Position numbers and translations under genes: made by a program. Shown here one piece after another: positions 1 to 10,699 of a DNA stretch of 64,000 nucleotides; the first letter of the stretch is position 1; every line of letters starts with the position of its first letter. The notes beneath the pieces are model-generated. The model was not told the DNA's origin. It did no database searches and worked only from the letters and a program-made list of their open reading frames with translations. This DNA is from Epiperipatus broadwayi. Its lineage: Eukaryota; Animalia; Onychophora. The stretch lies in the NCBI GenBank assembly GCA_028023455.1, contig JAQFVV010000011.1:3968001-4032000 (forward strand). Reading direction: 5' to 3'.

Positions 1-419
1 CATTAGATGTTTTACCAACTGTGCCAAACCACGAAGCCCAAAAATATTTTCTACTAAAAAATATAAATGACTCATGCATAAAGAATGTTTAAAGTTCTCT
101 AAAATAAAAAATAGCATTCAAATGTTAATAAAAAAGAAAAAAAAATATCTGCAGAAAAACTTACAGTTTGAAATGGATTTATGATAATTTTGCACAAATA
201 AACCTAACTTCTCACTATGTACTTTTCACAATATTTTTCTTTAAAATATGACAGAATCAACTGACTAACAGACTTCCTCAAATCTAAAAAAGCTGTATTA
301 TAATTAGCTTTCATAAGCATACATTAACTTTATCTAATATGCAAAGTCTGACAATTAAGTTTGTGAACTTGCCACTGTGCATTTACTTTGATAGCACTTA
401 CCTTGGTAAAGTTTCATAA

Positions 420-1075
420 CATTGGTATATCAGTACTCCACGCCAGTGTTGTATCAATGTGGTGGTGTCTTTCTAAGTAGTATTCATTATTATTGCATGT
501 TTTGTATGCCAAGGCGAGATGTCAGGGCTTAAATTATGGTAACAAATGAACGCTAATTTTTTTTTATTAAACTTGGCAAAAGATACAATATCTAAATTTA
601 TGGGAATAATATCATAAAGAACATTGCAGTGTATAAATGGATTAAACATTTTTTGAGAGAAATCTCAGTGATGAAAAAAGCTCAGAACAACCAATTCATC
701 AAGTTGTGCATTACGATTGTCATCTGATTATGAGAGGCATTGAAAACCAAGTAAACATTGATAAAGAAACAGGAAAATGGTAACTGAAAATCTTAATTAT
801 GAGGAAGGTGTATGTAAAGATGATCCCAAAGGAGCTCATCAGTGAACAAAGACAAAGGAGACTCAAAGTTTTCCAAGATGTTTTGGAGAGATGAGACAAT
901 GTTTTGGGCCACATTGTCACCGATGATACTGAGTGTACCAATACAACTCTGAAACAAAGTGTCAAAGTGCTCAATGGATGTCAAGCAATTATCCCCAATA
1001 AAAAAGTTTATCAGTCCAAATAAAGAGTGAGATATCAAAAGGTAACTCAAACCTGTCAATTTATAACAAAACAAT
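420..1075 (+). mobile_element. Tc1/mariner transposase remnant (N-terminal HTH region to first catalytic motif), frameshifted and with stops
   Basis: Joining plus-strand frames from ATG 519 gives MSGLKL..., YGNNIIKNIAVYKWIKHF and KILIMRKVYVKMIPKELISEQRQRRLKVFQDVLER*DNVLGHIVTDDTE. These match the mariner signatures VYKWxKRF, the MRKVCAKMVPKEL (WVPxEL-type) linker and xITGDETW. The ORFs at 720..974 and 793..1074 (-) are antisense shadows. Confidence 0.85.
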
Positions 1076-1961
1076 CTGTTGCAGTTCAGATATTAATGCC
1101 AAGTAATGTGTAAAAAATATTAACGCTGACATAATCAAACATCACACTATATCATGTTGTTTATTGGTATATTTGTATCAATTTTACACATTGCCTATTT
1201 AGAAGATCCGTCAACACAATTATGATAAATACTACTTGTCTCATCTAGAAGTATATTAACACTTCGTACTATTCTGTTTAGGTAGATGTTATTTTTTTCT
1301 GATTGTAACAAGTTCAGTGCATCAAGCTTTTTTCAACAAATAAAAGATATAGAAAATATATTCCTGCATTGTATAGACACTATATGACTCTTACATTTCT
1401 TAATGTAAAATATATTCCCTGCTTTAATATAAGTGAACCCAATAGTTATTATATTTATAAAAGAAATGCCAGATTGAACTGTGAACTGCTGAATATGGCT
1501 TAGTAGATATATCACTTATTTAGTGCTGTATTATATAGAAAATTGCAAGACTGTATTTATTAATATTGTTTTTTTTACTTCTATAGTTAACCATGTATTG
1601 CAACATAGTCTGTTCATAATATATTTATGCATGTATTTTGATCTCATCAATATCATTTATCATTTTCAAGGATTATCAATCTATAGCAGAATAAACACCT
1701 TTCCAAGTTTTATCCCATTTCTCTTATCCTTAGCCTCTCTTATCCATTTCATATCAACAATTTTTATTTTTTTCATTTATTTCACTTAAGGTCTCTTTCT
1801 ACATCTTTTATATTATCTTAGGATCCAATTTAAGACTTCTATTGACCATCTATTATCATCTCTTCTAACAATATATCCAGCACAGATCCATTTTATTCTG
1901 TTAATTCTTTTAATAATGTCAATGGTATCTGTTTATTAATATAATTAAAATAAAATCATTA

Positions 1962-2201
1962 CAGAGAGTGTACCAAGTGCACCAATAACTCAAACAAGCT
2001 CTTAATTTAATAAGTGCAGTATGAGAAAATATTTAAAATCTCTACCCAGAACACTCCCATCTGCGTTATGAGAAAATATTTAAAATCTCTATGCAGAACA
2101 CTCTTGTATGAGGTGGGAGTGTTCTGGATAGAGATTTTAAATATTTTCTCATACCGCACTTATTAATTAAGAGCTTGTTTGATCTATTGGTACGCTCCCT
2201 G
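1962..2201. mobile_element. MITE with long TIRs and TA flanks (Tc1/mariner-type)
   Basis: Ends read TA|CAGAGAGTGTACCAA ... TTGGTACGCTCCCTG|TA. Inverted arms continue inward for about 90 bp (AAACAAGCTCTTAATT...AGAACACTCCCATCT vs AGGTGGGAGTGTTCT...AATTAAGAGCTTGTTT). There is also an internal direct duplication of TATGAGAAAATATTTAAAATCTCTA. Confidence 0.85.
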
Positions 2202-2342
2202 TATTGCATTTTTGTAACTACAAGCTTATAAAAGTAATATCACGTTACATATGACTTGCTTTTTTAATTATAATAAAATCATTATATATAAATAAACAAA
2301 ATTCTCCATTAAATATTAACCTTATTTTCTTTTTATTATTAT

Positions 2343-2400
2343 AACTGCTGCTACTGCTATTACTACTACTACTATTACTACTACCACTACTACTATTACT
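2343..2400. repeat. (TAC)n/(GTA)n microsatellite at the 3' end of the minus-strand LINE
   Basis: Imperfect TAC/TGC triplet run read directly from the sequence. Confidence 0.9.
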
Positions 2401-2691
2401 ATTTTTAAACAACTTTTATTTGACATCATAAGTACATGTAGGTGCTTTTACATACTATGGGAACAAAAATACAAATTTTTCATTTTTGTACATGGATAAA
2501 AAAAGGCATCAAAAGAGCTGTATTACAATATAAGACCATAACAATTAAAGGCAAGCATTATAAATATATGTTAATATTTTTTACATAACATGTGGAAATA
2601 AAATCAGAAAGTAGTTAATTTATAAAAATATCAATAATAAATACAAAAAAAGGTAAATCAAATAAAATACAGCAAGAATATGATCCATATT

Positions 2692-5600
2692 TCACAGTGG
2701 TGTTGGTAATTTGATCAAGCTCCAAATTGCTGATACTATATCTACTGAAGCTAATGCCTGATATCTTGTTTTAATTTTTGTCAACTTATTTAGAAAGAGG
2801 GATTTAAGTTTATGAGATGTGGGATTAAATATAAAGTGACATTTCATAAACCAGTGTGTGAATAAAATATGGATTATTAGCCTTATAGTTGGAAACAATC
2901 CCCTCTGAATATTTTCTATCAATATCTTTAATGAGGAGTTTGAATTATGAGTAATTACAGAAATAAGTTCTCAATATGTATGTATAGAGACACACTAAAA
3001 GACAAAATGTTCCATTGTTTCATCTTCTCTACCACATAAAGGACAATTAGCATCAATATTTGCAAATCTCATTTTCTCAGTGCAAAAAGCATTGGTAGGT
3101 AGAACCTTTAGATTGATTTTTATTAAAAAAAATCCAGATATGTAGGCTCCAAGTACCAAAATTGAAACTTTTGAATTATGGATTTATTGTAGATATTAAG
3201 GAAACTAATAGGTATTTCAAGGGGATTGGAATTAGTGATTATATAATGAGCTTCCCAATATTTAATTTTTGTTGAAAACAAATTAGGAGCAGGTTCTTTA
3301 TGTTTGTAAATGATTTTAATCAGGCTATTGATAAATTTATTCTTAATAGGAGGTGGAGTATCTGTAGGTGATATTAGAAAGAACACCTGAAAATTTTCAT
3401 ATATAGTACAAAGCTTTATTAATATATTATAAGTTTTCTGATAATAAAATGTTGAAATGCAGTGTAATGACAGACCATTCAGTCTTGAATGTTTCTGCAG
3501 ACTTTTAATGCCTATTGCTACTGCTTTTTTATTCCATATTAGCTTTGTACAAAGTGAGTTAACTTTTTTTATGAATGAGGTGGTGAATTTAATGATAGGT
3601 GCATAATAATTTATTTTTGGAAATATTAATATGTTAATGAGTGATATTTTATTATTCAATGAGAGATACATTTTTGGAAGTGAGTTTATCATTTTTTCAA
3701 TTGCAGTTATTAATTACTCTTTGTATCATTATTCTCACTGCATTCATAAAAAGGTGAATTGGGAATCCAAGAAACTTATGAGGAGGAAACTGTATACTGA
3801 ATGAATTTGATTACCAGAAAAAATACTCCAAATAGATGTTTTCTCTTTGTTAAATTTCAAAGAATAAGCTACAGAGTAATTTTCTAATATAGTGTACATT
3901 TTAGGCAGATATTTTTTGGATGGGAGAAAAATGTCAATATCATCCATATATGAAATATGATTGATTGATTGTTTTATAAGGGGTACATATATTCCTGGTA
4001 GTTTAGATTCTATTTCAAGTAGGAGGGAGTTAATGTATGTAATGAAGACTAGTGAGCTAAGGTGGGGGACTTTGAGCTATTGAGTTATGTAGAGAAGAGT
4101 CAGGGCCATTTTGCGACTAAGTGTAATATGAATCTTTCTATTAATGAGTAGGTTGGCTAGTATATACATTATTGGTATTGGAATATTATGTTGACTGAGG
4201 ACCTCTAGTAGCTTCTCCACAGGTACTGAATCAAATGCAGCCTATGCAGCCTCTAGTTGTACTACAATAGGTGCAGATTTTCTAGTCTGTCTTACATTAT
4301 CAATCAACATTTTAAATAATATAAGTGCTTTGGAAGTAGAACACCCCTTCCTAGAAAATTGCAATTTAGACATTATAGGAAGAATAAGAGGTTGAATTTT
4401 GTCTTTTAAAAAAACTCTATTAGTTTAATGATAAGAGGGGTCATTGAAATAAGTCATAGATTATTTAGAGGAGAAGGAAGTGTCTTCTTTTTAAAAAAGT
4501 GAACAAGTGATACTGGATAAAGTTGGTCAATGTTATGTATCTGTTTTGAGAGATAATTTATCATGTTATGGATTATTGGGACAGTAAAATGACTAAGATG
4601 AGCTAATAAAAATTTAGGAATAGCATGTATTCCTGGATGTGTATTATTTGGAATAGAGTTCAACCTTAGAGCAATCTCACACTTTGTGATATTATGTTCT
4701 TCTGTGGTAATGCCAAAGTAGAAAGAAGAGATCTTTAGAAAAGAAGCCTTCTGGAGTCTAGCTTTAAAGTGGTAATATATTTGAGGAATCATGTCTTCCC
4801 TAGCAATCATTTTGACTCATAAATAATAGATGGAGTTAATTTTTTGGAAGTATATCCTAAGACCCACTTTATCCTTTAGACCAGTTATGAGGATTAACTA
4901 CAAAAATTTTTGCTTTCTTAATAGAGAGATAATCAGCCAATATGAACTGAATTTACTTGCACTCCTGTTTTAAGAACATTATTGAATTGAGTGAAGAATG
5001 ATCACATAATGTACTTTTTAGTTTCAAGTATAACATATCCAATTTTTTAACAAGACTAGTGGGGGAACAATTTTTGGAAGAATAATGTCTAATAGTTGAA
5101 GATACTATGTTAATAAAAGATAGCCTTTACTGGGTTTAGAGATAGTATGTAGATTTTAGAAAGAACTGCTTTAGGTGTAGTGGATTTTAATAGAAGATGG
5201 GTAGTACTATTTAGGGGAAAAATTGGTTGGCATTGCAAGTGTATCATGAGTTCTACATTAAGTGTTAAATGATCAGAGAAGGTTACAGGGCAGAGAGAAG
5301 GTCTTATTATGAAAGGTATATCTGGTGAATAAAAAAAATCTATTAGAGAAGTGTATTTTTCAGTATAGAATGAAATGGAGTTAATTGGGAAAAAACCTTC
5401 AGCACTCATAAGATTTTTATTAATCAAATGGAGGTATTTTAATGTAAAGCTCATGTAGGACATGTTGAAATCACCCATAATTGTTGTAGGGAAAGAATTT
5501 GTAGCTAATATTAAATTTATTTTATTTATTAATTGATGAATTAATACTGGTTGATTATACAAATACAATGTTATTAAATTATGAGTGAAAGAAGTACAAT

Positions 5601-5887
5601 GTTATTAAATTATGCTGATCTAAGTATAAAATTATAAAAGTTTGAAAAGGAGAAATATGATGGATAAGAGCTCCTGTTCCAGCAGCAGCAATATCAGATG
5701 CTGAAAATTTACAGTATCCAAATTTACATAGGTACTACTCTGGAATAAATGTAGAATGTACAGAGCATTTTGTTTCTGTAAATAGAAAGATATTGGGTGA
5801 AAATTGACTTATCCAATTGCTAAGTGTGAATATTCACTGGGTAGAGTTGATACCTCTTACATTATCTGCAGTAATAGAAAGACCCAT
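2692..5887 (-). pseudogene. LINE ORF2 (APE endonuclease + reverse transcriptase + C-terminal zinc finger), many stops and frameshifts
   Basis: ATG 5887 begins MGLSITADNVRGINSTQ*. APE motifs FTETK, MGDFN, SLIDFF and FSDH are present (ORF 5110..5568). RT motifs AFDSV (~4223-4238) and YMDDIDIF (YMDD at 3939-3950) follow. CPLCGREDETMEHFVF*C lies at ~2990-3045. Confidence 0.85.
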
Positions 5888-5899
5888 ATTACTATTTTT

Positions 5900-7700
5900 A
5901 TAGAGTGGGAGATGAAATATAGTTTATTATATAATGTATGGAAAAAATAAAATTAGTAAAAGTGTAACAAAAATTTGTTATATGGGAATGGAAAATAATA
6001 ATACACCACTGTGAAATTAATGAACCTACCTTGGTAAGTGGAACCTTTTTGAGTTGGTTCTGCATACTTTTGTCTATAAATAAGTTGATTGTTTTTATAA
6101 TTTGAGCTGAATAACTTAGTCCCATTTAATTGTTCATGAGTGTTTTTTACGTAGTTCATTTTGAGTATTCATTTTAAATGGTGATTTAATGTCTGATTTT
6201 GTATTTTGATAGATTGTAGATGTTATGTTACTCTTAGTTTTGCTTGTTCTTCTGTGGACATTCACTCCTGCCATATAAAGGAGTTGCTCCTGTATCAATG
6301 AATTGTATCTTGACTTTGCCTGGTCCAATGAAGTGTTGAATCAGAAAACAGATAATCTTTCACCTGTTTTACCTGTGAGTTTAATTTTTTTGATGCTGGT
6401 ATTGTTGACTTTATAACTTTTTTCTTTGCTTTCAGCTCATTATGTTTATCAAGTTCATTAACTTGTGTAAGCTCTTGAACCACTCTGGATTTTTTTTCCT
6501 TTTGGGTATTTGTGTCTTGGTCTTCACTCTCACTAATTGGAATTCATCATCCGAGCAAAGAAAAGGTTGGGTATCACATATATACTCTGTATCTGATTTC
6601 ACCAGTGAGATATTAGAATGGTTATTTGTATCTTTTGTGGAGTTGCCATTTTTATTGAGATTATCAAGGTTACGATTTTTTATAGATGTGCTGTTGTCTT
6701 GTATATTAGAATATCTACTTTTGTTTTTTCTAAGTTACTTTACATAAGTACATCCTCATTATATGCTATAGGATTCTTACTGCACTGATGCATTCTCATT
6801 TTCTTAAGTGCACACATCTTACAAAAGTGATTAGGACATTCTTTAACAAGGGGGTTTCTAGCTTTACAATAAAAGCACTGAGGTGGAATGCCCCTGAAGG
6901 TGATTACTAATGGAGATGATTCTGTTGCATGGTTTTGGAATATATGTTGCTTGAATATTTTTCTTAAATAGAATAGTGAAAATTGCAGTATTGGTCAAGA
7001 CTGGTACTGCAGCTCGCTTCTCCAACATTTAAAATTGCCACAGCTCCAAAGCTTTTTAGCAAGTCTTGCAGATCTTCAGCTTTAAAATCTACATGACAAT
7101 TTCTAATTTGTCCACTCAAATTTGATGATCTATCAACATCTATATAACAAATAACCTTTCCATTAAGAGAGTGAATGTTTTTCAAATATTTGCTTTTGAG
7201 ACAAATTATGATATTCTATTATTTTGTATCTGTTATTTGGATGGTCTAAGATTTTGTAGATCATTGACCATAGCTTTTTTTTAGATAAATAAGCATATAA
7301 TTCATCAGTAGGAAATTCATGACTGAAGAATTAGTATCTGTTATAGCTATAATAGAGGTTTTAATACTTTTAAATTTTGAAAAGATTTAAGCACAGATGG
7401 GGGAATTGTGAACATGAATTTTTCACAGGCACATAAATTTGCATTTTCCTGTTGCATTTGAAGTTCATTTTCAAAATTAAAAATTTCAGATAAATTTTCT
7501 TATTATTTTGTTGATATCCTGTTCAAATTTCTGTTTTAAAATATTATAATAAGGCCTCAGGCATATTGGTATGTTTAAACTTTTTAGTTGTTTCAGATGA
7601 ATCTTATAAGACTTCAGATGTAGTGGAATCAGTTTTAATTTTTAGAAACTGATTATTGTTTTCTACCATCACTTCTGTAGTACTATCATCAGTAGAAACT
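5900..7700 (-). pseudogene. LINE ORF1 (Tx1-type gag-like protein), degenerate
   Basis: ~6780-6900 translates FRGIPPQCFYCKARNPLVKECPNHFCKMC, resembling the Tx1 F.GQP..C..C....H....CP...C..C double knuckle. ORF 6964..7185 contains the RRM-like DLQDLLKSFGAV. The ORF start is not resolved. Confidence 0.7.
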
Positions 7701-8793
7701 AGATCTGATAAGAATTTTCCTTACCTAAGCTAACATTAGAAATTTTAACATTAGAATTAAAATATTATACATTTTAAAATCCAATATTTTTCCTAGGTTA
7801 ATAACAATTTTTGCTCTAAAAAGAGCTTACCTTTGAGTGGAAAATTTCCTCTATCTTTAGGTATACTTTTCACTATCAATTTCAGACAAAAACCAATGTA
7901 AAATTAGTCTTAAGCTGGAGCTGATATTAGCCAATGTCATTTATCACTTGCATGTGCCAGCAGTGGTTTTGGATGTTTTAAAATTCTAAATGGCTGCTGA
8001 GCATGTACTATATCAGCACCATTTATATTAGCATGATGCTGATGAATCCATTGGATTTTATCAGCCAACATCTGGGTAGAAGACTTCATTCAAGGATATT
8101 TAAAAAATGATGGAAAATTAAAAAAATATATTTCAATTTTAAAATGTCTTAAACACTTTATTTTAAATTTATCAAACGTGTTTAAAATATTTTTTGTTTC
8201 CAATAAAATCTGGAAACAGTGTGTAGAAGCAGATTTGAATCTAATAATTTTTGGCTCAACAATTATAAAAATTATCCAAACACAAGATAAATTTTTGTCC
8301 AATAAAAAGCTGGAAATGATTCAAAAGCTGTAGGAAGAGGCAAGAATGAATGATAAACAATAATTTAGCATTTCTCTTTTTTATGCTTCTGAATCATTGC
8401 TGCATTTTATTGAACAAGAAAATATTTGGTCTTCAATAATTTGCCTAAAACTTGTTAACCCAAAAATCATTAGATATTCAATTATCACTACTTCTCCCTC
8501 AAGCAAACACATAATTTGGTTTGGGTTTTATTTTATAAAAATATTCCAACCTCATGCTAAACATATTTACAAACAAATATTTAAGATAATTATTTTTGAT
8601 GTTGATTTTGACAGTTATAAATGTATTATAGACATTTGGCTACATTCCTGTATTAAACATATATTTTTATAATAATAAAGGGTTTCATTTAATTAAATGT
8701 TTTACTTTTCATCCCACATAATAATATGAAAATTCTAAGAAAAATTCTTTTAATATAAGAATTCTCAAACATTAACTTTTTAAATAATAATAT

Positions 8794-10096
8794 AGTACTA
8801 ATTGGTAGGCCAGGCCAGCTCTTGGTGGCATTGTTTCTTTGCTAAAAACTCAGAAATATGCCATTTACGTGGCCCAATATTTCTGTGCTTTTGCAGAGAA
8901 ACTTACAACCTATAGAACAGTCCTGTTCATATTAGCTGCTACAGGCCTATATGGTGTTGCATACAAATATTATGGTTCTCTAATGTGCTTCATGACCCTA
9001 TGCAAATATGTGCTCTTAACAGATCACTATCATATGATATGGTGTAGGGAATTCAAGTGACCATAACTGTTATAATATGCATTCAAATTAAAGATCTTAC
9101 CCCCTATCCAATGTAATAATGGTAAGACAGTCACTGGGCTTCCCTACAAATTTTGGAAGGTAAAAAAATTGCAAAAGGTGATGGCCAAGCACCTTTTCCC
9201 AGAACTCACACGAATTATGGGACAAATAAAAAGTCTAAAGTTGCATGTAGTTTTGGAAATCATAAGTTTAGTTTGATTGATCAGTGATGAGAAATTAGTT
9301 GTCAAACCCCCCCCCCCCAAAAAAAAAAACCCATTAAAATAAGATCAAAACTTTTGACTTTTTCAACTTCCATTTTCTCTTTTTTTTAAAAAATAGTGAC
9401 TTTTTTTTTGGCTATACAGCGATTTTTGTTTCGCCTTTATTTATATACTGCTGATATACTAAAACTTTTCTGTTTAAACCAATTTTTATTATCTTTTTTG
9501 TAAAAATAAAAACAAGCCAAAAATACCTTCTTTTTATGAATTGAAAATTGTGATTATTGTTTAATAAATAAATAAAATAATTGTAAAGTTAAATTTACGT
9601 TCAAGTATCCAAATGGTAGATTAAGCATTTAATAGTTCTATTCATGCTCAGTGATGACAAAGTATTTCTCCCATCTCCCCTCAAAAGCTTAAAACTTTTG
9701 ACTTTTTCAACTTTCGTTTTGATTTGGCTTTATTTGTATTGTGCAATGTCTATTTTGCCATTTTTGAAAAAAAAATGTACAAATGTTTGAATAAAATCTT
9801 GTATCATAAATTATTTACAAGAATGTCAAAATATTAGTAAAAAAAGTTGTAGCAAATGCCAAAAGATATCAAAATATTAGTAAAAAAGTCATATCAAATG
9901 TCTGAATATTTTTTAAAAAGGTGGAGAAAATGAAAAAAAATTAAAAAGGGAAAAAAAATGTAAAAATAATTTAATAAAAGTTGGACAAATTGGGAAAATA
10001 TTTTATATTATAGTTGGTCCTGGATTGATATAATTGTGTGTTTTTAGCAGAGAAACATAGCCACCAAGTGGCTGGCCTAACCTACCAATTAGTACC
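8794..10096. mobile_element. Non-autonomous DNA transposon with ~55-bp TIRs (Merlin-like by termini; superfamily uncertain)
   Basis: Left GTACTAATTGGTAGGCCAGGCCAGCTCTTGGTGGCATTGTTTCTTTGCTAAAAAC is the near-exact inverse of right GTTTTTAGCAGAGAAACATAGCCACCAAGTGGCTGGCCTAACCTACCAATTAGTAC. Flanks AATAATAT (8786-8793) and AATAATAC (10097-10104) match 7/8, suggesting an 8-bp TSD. No transposase is seen inside. Confidence 0.8.
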
Positions 10097-10699
10097 AATA
10101 ATACGATTATTTTCATGTGTTATAAATATTCTAAAAGAGAGAAAATTATAAAATAATGTAAACAAGTTTTTTAAATCTCTCCCTTCAGTAATTATAATTA
10201 ATTATTAGTTTTAATTTTAACTTTTAAAAGTATTAAGAGAAAAAAATTTTATCTTTAGTAAATTACTTTATAAATTTTAATTCTAACTAAAGTTTTAAGA
10301 GAAAAGAGAAAAACTAAAAGTTTCATATTTTGTTGAATTTTGTTTTAAATAACTAGAATTGTTTTTTCTTCTTTTCTCTTTATCTCTCTTCAATACATTA
10401 GGCAGTGTTTGTCAAATCAGTCTAATTAATTTGATTATCTTGTTTTCTTTTAGCAAGAAAATGTTTAATTAAAAAATTTTATGATTCTAATTTTTGACCT
10501 GTTTTTCAATGTCAACATTGAAGGAGAGAATAGCTAAATCATTGTAAAAAATGATATAATTGGTTATTACTAATTGTGTCACGTTGGATACAAAATTTGA
10601 TTGATTTGAAGACAAGGTTGTTCCAAAAATAATCAGGGGTATATGTTAGTCAGAAGACCTAAATGTCTTTGAAAAGCATTCAGTCTTGACCTAGATATT

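Larger units (their letters stand above)
2400..7800 (-). mobile_element. Near full-length, degenerate Tx1/L1-clade non-LTR retrotransposon
   Basis: The minus strand carries, in order, ORF1 (RRM-like segment plus zinc knuckles), APE, RT and a C-terminal CCHC finger. Boundaries are approximate. Confidence 0.85.

Noticed and set aside
720-1074. Minus-strand ORFs of 84 and 93 aa
   Set aside because: They are antisense to the plus-strand mariner transposase remnant.
7880-8700. Possible transposase or SWIM-finger remnant (ORFs 8090..8302 and 8397..8672)
   Set aside because: The sequence looks coding-like, but no diagnostic motif could be recovered in any frame. Left unassigned.
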